DNA of 40,286 nucleotides. Source: an uncultured Syntrophales bacterium (GTDB lineage Bacteria; Desulfobacterota; Syntrophia; Syntrophales; JAAYKM01). The stretch covers positions 1-40,286 of the forward strand of contig CAYPKE010000002.1 in assembly GCA_964411235.1 (NCBI GenBank), given 5' to 3'. The position numbers and the translations under genes are program-made. Positions 18,422 through 26,755 of this stretch are shown here, in pieces (the first letter of the stretch is position 1; each line of letters starts with the position of its first letter). Below the pieces are notes generated by a model. That model was not told the origin of the DNA, did no database searches, and saw only the letters and a program-made list of their open reading frames with translations.

Positions 18422-19105
18422 TTACCCACAACGTCTCCGGTCCAAAGCGGCTTTTAATGCATGAACGTACACCCTTCTATGGTCTCGTTGAGAAATGCCG
18501 AGGTTGGTTTTGTGAATACGTCGATTCATCAACACTTCCGGCAACATGGTCTGTTTCAAACCCATTTCCATGGCCCTGGCATACCAGTCAACAAATTCAC
18601 CAATTTTCAGGGTCTCATTAAAAAACCCGACTTGCATAAAAGCTTCTTTTTTGATGAGCATCGCTCCGGCATGGTATCCCCGCATGCTTTCAACGGGCAT
18701 GCCGATGCCGGCTCTTTCCTCCTCGGTCAATTCCGGACTGTAAAATTGCTGAATGTGCCCGAAAACCATCTCTAATTCTGGATCGGCCTCAAAGGCCGCC
18801 ATTTGTCGCCACAGCTTATCCTTCATCCAGAGGTCATCCGCATCAAGAAATGCCAGGAATCCTCCTTTCGCTAGGGATACGCCCCTATTGCGGGCAGATC
18901 CGGGACCGCTGTTCTTCTGGTAATGATATTGTATTGCCGACCCGAACCGGCGGGCGACTTCCGCCGTCGCATCGGTGGATCCGTCGTCCACGATGATAAT
19001 TTCCAGTGAACGGCAATCTTGAGTGATGATGCTTGAAACCGCCTCAGCAAGAAATGCCTCCCCGTTAAATGCAGGAATAATGACGCTGACCGCAATTCCT
19101 TCCAT
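18422..19105 (-). CDS. Glycosyltransferase family 2
   Basis: VSVIIPAFNGE, IIIVDDGSTDAT, LAFLDADDLW and a QFYSPEL region match GT-A fold GT2 enzymes. Confidence 0.85.
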   Translation of the reverse strand: MEGIAVSVIIPAFNGEAFLAEAVSSIITQDCRSLEIIIVDDGSTDATAEVARRFGSAIQYHYQKNSGPGSARNRGVSLAKGGFLAFLDADDLWMKDKLWRQMAAFEADPELEMVFGHIQQFYSPELTEEERAGIGMPVESMRGYHAGAMLIKKEAFMQVGFFNETLKIGEFVDWYARAMEMGLKQTMLPEVLMNRRIHKTNLGISQRDHRRVYVHALKAALDRRRCG

Positions 19106-19200
19106 AATGAAAGTTGTCTGCTCCTAATCTCTTTGCCTGCTTATCCTTGCCCTACGATCGGCAGAAACTTTCCCCCGGGAGCCCTTTTCCATTACACAAG

Positions 19201-19893
19201 TCATCCGCCGGCATCTTCATTTCGCTTCGCTTCCAGATGCGCTTTGATCATTCTCACACGGTCTTTGATAAAAACTCTATGCGTGATGCCTTTGTTGTGG
19301 TCATGCAAACGCCGCTTGTAAATCGTATCCGATAACATCACTGTTTTCAGACCAAGCCTTCGCAAGCGCAAAATCCAATTCACTTCCTGACCGACGTGAT
19401 AATTCAATTCGAACAATCCGACCTTGAAGAAACTTTCCCGTTTGATCAACATCATGGTGACCATTTCACCGGGCATTGGTTCGACGGGGCAAAACAGTTT
19501 CTTTTGTTTCTCTCCATCGAGTTCAGGACTGCAAAATTGCTTCACATGACCGAAAACCGCTTCAACCTCCGGTTTTTCGACAAAGGCGCCTGTTTGAAGG
19601 GCAAGTTTATTTGCCAGCCAGAGATCATCCGCGTCCAGGAAAGAAAAAAAGTTTCCCTTGGCCATTTCAATCCCTTTATTGCGTGCCGCGCCGCTTCCGG
19701 CGTTCTCTTGCCGGCAATAGCGAACGGACGGAAAAGACTGGGCGGCCTGCACGGCCGATCCGTCCGTCGATCCGTCATCCACCAGGATGATTTCACAGGG
19801 TTTGACCGTTTGCGACATGACGCTTGCAATGGCCTCGGTCAAATATGATCCGGCATTGTAGGAAGGAATGATGACACTAATTTTGAAATCCAT
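19201..19893 (-). CDS. Glycosyltransferase family 2 (paralogue of 18422-19105)
   Basis: ISVIIPSYNAG, IILVDDGSTDGS, FSFLDADDLW and KQFCSPEL are present. The start was taken at MDFKISVIIP; the track ORF extends to 19968. Confidence 0.85.
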   Translation of the reverse strand: MDFKISVIIPSYNAGSYLTEAIASVMSQTVKPCEIILVDDGSTDGSAVQAAQSFPSVRYCRQENAGSGAARNKGIEMAKGNFFSFLDADDLWLANKLALQTGAFVEKPEVEAVFGHVKQFCSPELDGEKQKKLFCPVEPMPGEMVTMMLIKRESFFKVGLFELNYHVGQEVNWILRLRRLGLKTVMLSDTIYKRRLHDHNKGITHRVFIKDRVRMIKAHLEAKRNEDAGG

Positions 19894-20011
19894 GACCGTT
19901 ACCCCCTGATCCTGCTCAAGCCCTTGCAGCCCTGAACGCAGGCACTGTTGTCCTTTCTGATCTTGCAATTATCTTTTGTGTTTAGGCCCTTACGTCTTAA
20001 ACTCGTTTCAA

Positions 20012-21790
20012 TCAGGCGCGTTTGCGGTCAATAAATTTCTTGAATATTTTCAGGGAATTCAACTCAACCATGTTCTTGCCTTCCGTCATGTTCCGGCCAT
20101 GCCGGCGGACAAACAGCCTTGTTTCTTCCAGCCGCTTGATGTTGATACCCATTTCACCGGCGCGAAGGTACCAGTCCGCATCCTCGCCGAACCGCATGGT
20201 CGGATCGAAAAGACCGACTTTTTCGAACACCGCCTTGCGATACAAACCCGCGCCTATATAATGGGGAAAAGACTCCAAAGGGTTACCGACGCAATGGTAA
20301 GATTTCGTCTGTTCATCAAATTCCATCAATTGGCCATAACCGCGAACGATTTCAAGCTCAGGTTGTTGCAACATTTCCTCCAGCAACGTGTGCAGGTTAT
20401 TCTCGGGCCATAAATCATCCACATCCAGAAAGGCGATGTAATCACCGGATGCATCCCGAATGCCGCGATTCCTTGCCGCGGCAGGTCCCGCATTGTCCTG
20501 CTTGAAATATCGGATATCCAGGGGCAGCCGATTGATTATTTCCTCTGTCCGATCATCGGAACCATCATTGACAAAAATTATTTCCAGGGCAGGGTAATTC
20601 TGGGAGAGGACATTGTCAATGGCCTCCTGTATGAAACGCTCTCCGTTGTAAACTGGAATGATTACGCTGATCAGCGGTTTTTCCCGTAAATCTTCATCAG
20701 CAGTAGCCGTCGCAAACTGGGGCGGGTCACCTTTTTTCACCTGATCGATCAAGTGCGAAACGGCAGCAGGAATGCTTGAGAAATCATTCCCGATTTCAAG
20801 TGTGTAATGAGGAACGGCATCGATCAGACGTCCAATGAAATCCTGCGTGTAGCGGCCGACATTGGGCAACTGCGACATGGTGGTAAAAGACATGGCGCCC
20901 TGGATCGACCTCTTCGCCGCCGGAACGATTTTTGCGTCCGGTCGGTGAACGATGACCGGCGTCAGGACCGCCCGGAGCGGCATCTGCGCAGCAATCTGTC
21001 TCCGCATCGGCGTATTGAGAAACATGACCGCCTTTTCGCGGTCCATTTTTTCAATGTTGCTCACATGGACCGCCAGAGAGGGAAAGTTCTCGACGTGGTC
21101 CGCGTCCAGTTTCGCCGTGCTGTAGAGGCTGTAAACGACCGGTTCCGGGTCAACCCGGGCGATCAAATAATCATCCGCCAGATAATACAGACCCGCCTGC
21201 AGGCAGGACAGGGCCGTTGTGGATTTACCGACACCCCCCTTTCCCGTGACCAACACGGCACCATTGTCCGTACCAACCGCCGCAGCGTGAAGGAGCTGGC
21301 ATCCGTTCATCTCCATCCACCAGTGAAAAAGCGTCCGCAGGGGGGAGGCATGTACCCAGAATGGCAGTTTCTCGGCTTTCTGAACCCAGAATATTCCGAT
21401 TCCCGCTTCCAGATCCATGAAGTTGACCGAATCCTCAACCCAATGAAAGGCCACTTTGAACCGCTTGCTGTTAAACCCCCATATATCCCCCCGATCGGTG
21501 AAGCAATCGACGGTGCAGGGAGGCGATATCATTTGGACACCGGTGGAATCGGTTTCCCAGATGCAGATCGTTAAATCGGCATTTTGTTTATCAGCCATAC
21601 GCAGGTGCTCCAACGCCGGCGTCAAAAGCGGTATCAAGGGTTCCCCGGCAAACCGGAGACAAACAACCGTTTGTCCGATCCGATAATAAAAGTCTCTTGC
21701 CCCGACGGCTTTTTCCGCCTGGCGAAACCGCTCATAGCTTCTCTGAAAAAAATCCTGCTGTTCCGCTTCCGTTTTCTGTGGTTTGTACAT
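20012..21790 (-). CDS. Fusion protein: N-terminal HprK-like P-loop kinase domain plus C-terminal GT2 glycosyltransferase domain
   Basis: The N-terminal ~390 aa contain LLHAAAVGTDNGAVLVTGKGGVGKSTTALSCLQAGLYYLADDY, the HPr-kinase-related Walker A context. The C-terminal ~210 aa contain ISVIIPVYNGERF, IIFVNDGSDDRT and IAFLDVDDLW (GT2). ATG 21790 follows AGAGGG. Confidence 0.7.
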   Translation of the reverse strand: MYKPQKTEAEQQDFFQRSYERFRQAEKAVGARDFYYRIGQTVVCLRFAGEPLIPLLTPALEHLRMADKQNADLTICIWETDSTGVQMISPPCTVDCFTDRGDIWGFNSKRFKVAFHWVEDSVNFMDLEAGIGIFWVQKAEKLPFWVHASPLRTLFHWWMEMNGCQLLHAAAVGTDNGAVLVTGKGGVGKSTTALSCLQAGLYYLADDYLIARVDPEPVVYSLYSTAKLDADHVENFPSLAVHVSNIEKMDREKAVMFLNTPMRRQIAAQMPLRAVLTPVIVHRPDAKIVPAAKRSIQGAMSFTTMSQLPNVGRYTQDFIGRLIDAVPHYTLEIGNDFSSIPAAVSHLIDQVKKGDPPQFATATADEDLREKPLISVIIPVYNGERFIQEAIDNVLSQNYPALEIIFVNDGSDDRTEEIINRLPLDIRYFKQDNAGPAAARNRGIRDASGDYIAFLDVDDLWPENNLHTLLEEMLQQPELEIVRGYGQLMEFDEQTKSYHCVGNPLESFPHYIGAGLYRKAVFEKVGLFDPTMRFGEDADWYLRAGEMGINIKRLEETRLFVRRHGRNMTEGKNMVELNSLKIFKKFIDRKRA

Positions 21791-22031
21791 GTTGCTGCAA
21801 CCCTCTTGATTATGTTTACAGTCTTTCTTCGCCGGCACAGGCGTTTCATATCTATTTGGTTCGCATCACCTTTGGGAAAACAAACCAGACCAAGACTCTG
21901 CTGTACCAGACTCACTTTTTTCCAGCCTGCACGCCCTTCGATGAAGCAGTGTCCTGTCTTGCCGTCTCAATCGAGCTTGACCTTTTTTCGCTAACCGGAT
22001 GAACCCGGAAACCTTCAATTGCGAGTATCCT

Positions 22032-23063
22032 CTACCCGTTTTTCGTGACAACCTTCAACGTTCGCGACAGCAGGCAGCCGTTATCAAAAATCTCTTTTTC
22101 CGATAAATCTTTATACCATTGCGGTGTCCAAGAGTTATCGAGACCTATAATACACTGGTTTTTAAGAAATACGTCGTGGACCTGCTTATCATTTTTAAAC
22201 CAGAAGCGGTCATACTTTTCATTGGGGGGCATCGCTCTTGCGGGGAAATAATTCGCTTCCGGAATAAATCCGTATTTGATTCGGTCAAGCATTTTTAAAT
22301 ACTTGGGAAACATGAGGTGAAAAAGAATCTCCCTCCTTCTTTGCCTGAGTGACCGGCATAATCGGCTCGCGATCACTTTAGCCCCCGCTTGATGATGCGA
22401 CAGCCTGGATTGAAAGGCCGCAATCGGTTCATCTAAAATTTTCTTCTGTAATTTGCCCAAGAAGCCGGTATTGTATATCATTGCGTCCATCACGTCGGAT
22501 AGGATGCTATTACCCAAATAATCCCAGTCCAGCTCTTTTTCGCCGGGATTGACACCGGCAAACTTTACGAGTTTTCGCTGTATCTCGCTTAACCACCGCA
22601 TCAGGATCAATGATCCGGGCCGAGCTGCCATAAAAGCCAAATGATTGTTAAACATAACGATCTCCGCATCATCCAGTCTGCCTATAAGCGGACGGATGTC
22701 TTTCATTACAATCGTGTCGGCGTCCATAAAAATACCGCCGTGCTCACTTAGCACAGCAATCATGAGGGCATCTTTCTGCATGGCCGGATTGAATTTTTTT
22801 AGTCTCGTAATATCGAGAGCGCCTGCAGGAATGTATCGGCTTAAATTGGAATAATTCAGAAAAACGATTTCATAAGCTGCAAGATGCCGTTCCCAAGTCT
22901 GCCTGCATAATTTCAGGTAGGGCGGCATGGCCTCCATAGGTTCCCAAAAGGAAAAAATGGTCTCTTTCTTTGCAGGAGAGGGCATTTCTTCTTCCTTATT
23001 CCGATCTAACCGGTCCAAGATTCCCGAGGTATTCTTTTCAGCGGTCAACCCATCCACCTTCAT
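22032..23063 (-). CDS. DXD-motif glycosyltransferase (capsular-polysaccharide-synthesis/Gly_transf_sug-like)
   Basis: IFSFWEPMEAMPPYLKLCRQTWERH...QKDALMIAVLSEHGGIFMDADTIV resembles Caps_synth/GT32-like enzymes. The start ATG overlaps the ABC gene stop codon (ATGA at 23060-23063). Confidence 0.6.
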   Translation of the reverse strand: MKVDGLTAEKNTSGILDRLDRNKEEEMPSPAKKETIFSFWEPMEAMPPYLKLCRQTWERHLAAYEIVFLNYSNLSRYIPAGALDITRLKKFNPAMQKDALMIAVLSEHGGIFMDADTIVMKDIRPLIGRLDDAEIVMFNNHLAFMAARPGSLILMRWLSEIQRKLVKFAGVNPGEKELDWDYLGNSILSDVMDAMIYNTGFLGKLQKKILDEPIAAFQSRLSHHQAGAKVIASRLCRSLRQRRREILFHLMFPKYLKMLDRIKYGFIPEANYFPARAMPPNEKYDRFWFKNDKQVHDVFLKNQCIIGLDNSWTPQWYKDLSEKEIFDNGCLLSRTLKVVTKNG

Positions 23064-24769
23064 TGACAGCAGCTTAACAAGGCTTCCTTCTCCGGAGATT
23101 TCACTGCATTCAACCTCCCATCTTCCAGCCGCCAGACCTCCTGAGCATGCTCCACGACAGAGTCATCATGACTGATGATCAGAATTGCGGGATGGTCCTC
23201 AAGGCGGTCGAGGCTTTCCAGCAATCTCCCTACGGTCACCCGGTCAAGATGATTGGTCGGTTCATCAAGGATCAGCAATTTCGGGCGGCGCAGCAAGGCC
23301 CGGGCAATCGCCAGGCGTTGACATTCCCCTCCGGAAAGAAGCACCCCGTCTTCCCCGATCTGAGTCTCGTATCCATCAGGAAGCTGGCGGACGAACTCAT
23401 CCGCCAAGGCGATCCGGCAGGCCTCAAAAACCCGCTCCCGATCAACGTCGGTAGCACCATAGGTCACGTTCTCCAGAAGCGTCCCGGAAAAAAAGGCCGG
23501 ATTCTGCGTGACGACGCCAATCGAACGCCTGAGATGCACCAGGTCAAGCTCTTCATAAGGCACACCATCGGCGGTCAGCCGCCCTTCAACCGGGGCATAG
23601 AAGCCCAGCATAAGCTCCACCAGGGTACTCTTGCCGGAGCCGTTTGACCCGATGACGGCCATTCGTGATCCGGGTTCGAGCGACAGGCTGACCGATTTCA
23701 GGACGGGCTGCCGGTCATAGGCAAAGGACACCGATTCCAGGGCGAGGAACCCTTGAAATGGGATTTGCCTGTCTCCCCGGTAAGGTTGCCTGTCCTGAGT
23801 CTGCGCCAGATTATAAAGCGTTTTCAGGGATTCGTTTCCGTTGATGAGATCCGTAATGCAGGCCGTCATGTTGTCAACATGATTGAAAAGAAAAATCGCC
23901 GCCACATAAAAGGAGAGGAATTCCCCCATCGTCATCCGCCCCCCGGCCACAAAGCCCCCTCCAATGATGATGAGAAGGATGCCGGAAAGACCGGTCAGCG
24001 TTTGCTGCATTTGCCCGTGAACGGCATAAACAAACGACATCCGGCCCGTTTGCGCCTCCAGGTCCTTCAGGACTTGCGTCTGTCGTTCCGTTTCCTTGGC
24101 CTCTGCACCCTGGATTCGCGTCAGGTCCATGTAACGCAGGACAAACCAGATCCCTTTCCCGAATGATTCAAAAGCACGCTGAAAAATGTAAACCCGCGAC
24201 TTAACGATTTGCCCCGAATACCGATTCGACAGAAAAATAACCGGGAAAAGGGAGATCATCACCAAAACGAGAAACCAGTTTAAAAAAAGAAGCACGAAAC
24301 AGAGGGCAAGGCTTATAAAGAACGAGGGCAGGAGGCGTGACAGAAGGGCGTTGCTCATGTTGCTGAGACGCTCCGAATCCTGCACAATGCGGGTGTGAAT
24401 GATTTTCTGGTCTTCCCTGGTATGAAAAGACCGGGAAAAAGTGTAGAGCTTCTTCAGAAGATCTTCCCTCAGCAAAAAGATCGACCCGTTGATGATGCGG
24501 ATATTGATGGACCGCAGCCATAGGGAGATGCCCGAATTGATCAGGCGAAAACCGAAAATCCCGGCACCTGCCAGAACAAGGAGACGGATGTCATTCTGCG
24601 GAATGGCCACATCAAAAAGATAGCGGATCAGAAACAGCGTAGGCAGGACGACCAGGGACTGGGCGGCCGATCCAAGGGAACTCAAACCGATCAACCAGGA
24701 GCGATTGCGATGAAAGGCCCAAAAATAGCGCCATGCGGCGATGTCAAAAATGCCTTTTGGGGAAGCCAT
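23060..24769 (-). CDS. ABC exporter, fused permease + ATPase (no N-terminal C39 peptidase domain)
   Basis: Six TM helices are followed by Walker A GSNGSGKST, signature LSGGECQRLAIARAL and Walker B LLILDEPTNHLD. Confidence 0.9.
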   Translation of the reverse strand: MASPKGIFDIAAWRYFWAFHRNRSWLIGLSSLGSAAQSLVVLPTLFLIRYLFDVAIPQNDIRLLVLAGAGIFGFRLINSGISLWLRSINIRIINGSIFLLREDLLKKLYTFSRSFHTREDQKIIHTRIVQDSERLSNMSNALLSRLLPSFFISLALCFVLLFLNWFLVLVMISLFPVIFLSNRYSGQIVKSRVYIFQRAFESFGKGIWFVLRYMDLTRIQGAEAKETERQTQVLKDLEAQTGRMSFVYAVHGQMQQTLTGLSGILLIIIGGGFVAGGRMTMGEFLSFYVAAIFLFNHVDNMTACITDLINGNESLKTLYNLAQTQDRQPYRGDRQIPFQGFLALESVSFAYDRQPVLKSVSLSLEPGSRMAVIGSNGSGKSTLVELMLGFYAPVEGRLTADGVPYEELDLVHLRRSIGVVTQNPAFFSGTLLENVTYGATDVDRERVFEACRIALADEFVRQLPDGYETQIGEDGVLLSGGECQRLAIARALLRRPKLLILDEPTNHLDRVTVGRLLESLDRLEDHPAILIISHDDSVVEHAQEVWRLEDGRLNAVKSPEKEALLSCCQ

Positions 24770-24779
24770 ATTCAGATAT

Positions 24780-25937
24780 CTACCGGGGCTTGACCGTGAA
24801 AGGACGTGAAAACAGCATTTCCATTGTCAGCCTGATTCCATTCCACATAAGTTCGGGGTAACTTTTCGCCTCCAGCCGCCAACGCAGGAAATGCGGAAAT
24901 CCAGCCAAACCGGGCAAACCCATCCCCGGCGAAACTCGCCGAAACTGGCAGAGATTGGCGCACAGGGCAACATAGGGTCTGCGGTTCCTGCGCTCCAGAT
25001 TTCCCATCCAGAAGCGATTCTCCATGGTTTCCAGGTATGTAACCGGAAGGCTCGACACCATCTGCATGACCTCCGGCGGTACAGAGGCGCGAAACGTTTC
25101 CACCAGATAAGCCATGCCGGTCTTTAATCTCAGGCCATACCGATGGGCTTTCGCCGTACTAACCAGCCTTGACCAGTCTATGGTATATTCCGGTGCATTG
25201 ATCAGGGTCAGCGCGTCGGCGATCCATCGTATGGAAGGCACAGGATTCCAGGGAACGCCGTGAACGATGGCGTGGAACAGCATGTCCGTCGGACCGGGTG
25301 CGGTCGTTGCAACCCCAGCCATCTGCACCGGCAGGGATTTATCCCAGAATTCCTGCTCGCACTCGGTCCGGAACCCGTGCAGGGGACGCCAATGAAGGTC
25401 GAATTCCCCCTGCTTCTCATGCATGAATTGAACGGCATGGCCATAACGCAAGTCAGCCTCGACAAAAGGGACCGGCATTCGCCAGCCTTGCCGGCTGAGC
25501 AACGCCACCGCTTTCCGGGCCTGCCCCCAGGGAACAAGCACGTCAATATCCGCCATCGGACGGGCGCCATTATTTTTATAATAAAGAAGGGACATGGCCG
25601 CACCCTTGAGAAGCATGGTCCGGATACCTGCGTCCTCGAGGCGTCTGATAACATTAGCCATGGCGTGAAAAAGGGTTTGGTTCTTGCTCCAGGCCTGGCG
25701 ATAAATCCCCTTCAATTTCGGCATGGCGTCACCATTGAAGCTCTGCCTCTGAAGGTTCGTATAAAGAAGGGGGAGCAGCCGGAAAGACCCCGGCTCAAGA
25801 TCTTCTTCCAGATCATTTTCGGCATGCCACGCGCGCCAGAACGCAACGGCTTCATCTCCGGAGAGGAGGGACGCTTTCAGAAGCCGCTCCTGGTTTAACG
25901 TCGCAAAGTTCGCCTTGGATAAGTCAGTCATATGCAT
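24780..25937 (-). CDS. Nucleotidyltransferase family protein (PF14907-like, 'uncharacterised nucleotidyltransferase')
   Basis: RTMLLKGAAMSLLYYKNNGARPMADIDVLVP and FDLHWRP are characteristic of this family, which is often found next to PqqD/HprK-like genes. It ends 10 nt before the ABC gene. Confidence 0.7.
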   Translation of the reverse strand: MHMTDLSKANFATLNQERLLKASLLSGDEAVAFWRAWHAENDLEEDLEPGSFRLLPLLYTNLQRQSFNGDAMPKLKGIYRQAWSKNQTLFHAMANVIRRLEDAGIRTMLLKGAAMSLLYYKNNGARPMADIDVLVPWGQARKAVALLSRQGWRMPVPFVEADLRYGHAVQFMHEKQGEFDLHWRPLHGFRTECEQEFWDKSLPVQMAGVATTAPGPTDMLFHAIVHGVPWNPVPSIRWIADALTLINAPEYTIDWSRLVSTAKAHRYGLRLKTGMAYLVETFRASVPPEVMQMVSSLPVTYLETMENRFWMGNLERRNRRPYVALCANLCQFRRVSPGMGLPGLAGFPHFLRWRLEAKSYPELMWNGIRLTMEMLFSRPFTVKPR

Positions 25938-26044
25938 ACCGCAAACCCGTTTGCCTGAGGAGAAGCGACCGACCGGTCAGCTCGCTGGCCAAACGGTCGA
26001 AACAGGCAAAGAACTCAGAAAATTCGGATAGGAATCAATTCAGC

Positions 26045-26512
26045 CTAATCAGGTGTTGGCTTGGTTGAGGGCCACCCGGCGGCATCCACTTCATGGATCG
26101 GGTCCAGAAGCAATAAATCCTTCATATCCGTATACTTGTTCAGCAAAGGCGGGCTGAAGGACTTTTCCCTTTCTCCGGAAGGATCCAAAACCGGCTGTGA
26201 CTGTGCTGCATCGAGAGGGGCATCCACCTGGTCCGCCGCAACGGCAGCGATCAAGCCTTCCCGCTCCAGTTCCGACAGAAAGGCATACAGTGATTCCTCC
26301 TCGCCCCCTGAACAGAGGTACCTTGACCGCATCAGGGCGAGCATGTCAGCCACGGGCATTTCCTTGGCAAGGCATTCCCAGATATCGGCTCCGGTCTCAA
26401 CGGTGCTGTAGTAATGGCCGGTGTCAAGATTTAAGATTATGGTCTCTCCATCGATGTTTTCATGCACGATCGTCGGTTCGTTGATTTTCAAGCGATCACC
26501 GTTACCCGTCAT
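26045..26512 (-). CDS. PqqD-family (RRE-type peptide chaperone) protein with a ~65-aa C-terminal extension
   Basis: VHENIDGETIILNLDTGHYYSTVETGADIWECL......LSELEREGLI is a PqqD-like fold signature. GAGG precedes ATG 26512; the track ORF extends to 26608. Confidence 0.75.
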   Translation of the reverse strand: MTGNGDRLKINEPTIVHENIDGETIILNLDTGHYYSTVETGADIWECLAKEMPVADMLALMRSRYLCSGGEEESLYAFLSELEREGLIAAVAADQVDAPLDAAQSQPVLDPSGEREKSFSPPLLNKYTDMKDLLLLDPIHEVDAAGWPSTKPTPD

Positions 26513-26663
26513 AATACACCTCATCCCCATGTATTTTTTCCAAACCTGTTTCCGTTTTCGTCCGGAAAAGGCTTTATTGATCGATCCGGCATGCCTGATG
26601 CCCACCATCAGTCATACGTTACGGTGCAAGACGTGTCTTTCGTATATAATGCAGCGGCATTTG

Positions 26664-26732
26664 TCAACGAAACAAAATACCGGGGCAGTTGCAGCTCCTC
26701 GTGCAGAAATCCCGGCCCGGTATCCGCGGCAT
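26664..26732 (-). CDS. Candidate small Cys-rich peptide MPRIPGRDFCTRSCNCPGILFR (possible precursor; speculative)
   Basis: A 22-codon ATG ORF sits in the 147-nt gap between the radical SAM and PqqD genes, on the same strand. It has three Cys residues within 7 positions. The SD is weak (GGTGG, 11 nt upstream). It could be a chance ORF. Confidence 0.25.
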   Translation of the reverse strand: MPRIPGRDFCTRSCNCPGILFR

Positions 26733-26755
26733 GAAAAGAACGACCACCTGTCCTT

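Noticed and set aside
18857-18866. A 10-nt match (gaatcctcct) to the 3' part of tRNA-Arg, considered as a possible island att site
   Set aside because: It is too short to be meaningful, and it lies inside a GT2 coding sequence, not at a block boundary.
21866-22051. 61-codon TTG-initiated basic ORF in the gap upstream of the kinase::GT2 gene, considered as a precursor peptide
   Set aside because: It starts inside the preceding gene, has no SD, and has an Arg-rich composition typical of out-of-frame reading. It is kept only as a note under the gap finding.
26619-26667. Promoter-like hexamers (minus-strand TTGACA at 26662-26667; plus-strand TATAAT at 26645-26650)
   Set aside because: Spacing to any partner hexamer is wrong: about 13-15 nt on the minus strand, and no -35 element at 17 nt on the plus strand. 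The TTGACA also overlaps the stop codon of the small ORF, so it may be coincidental.
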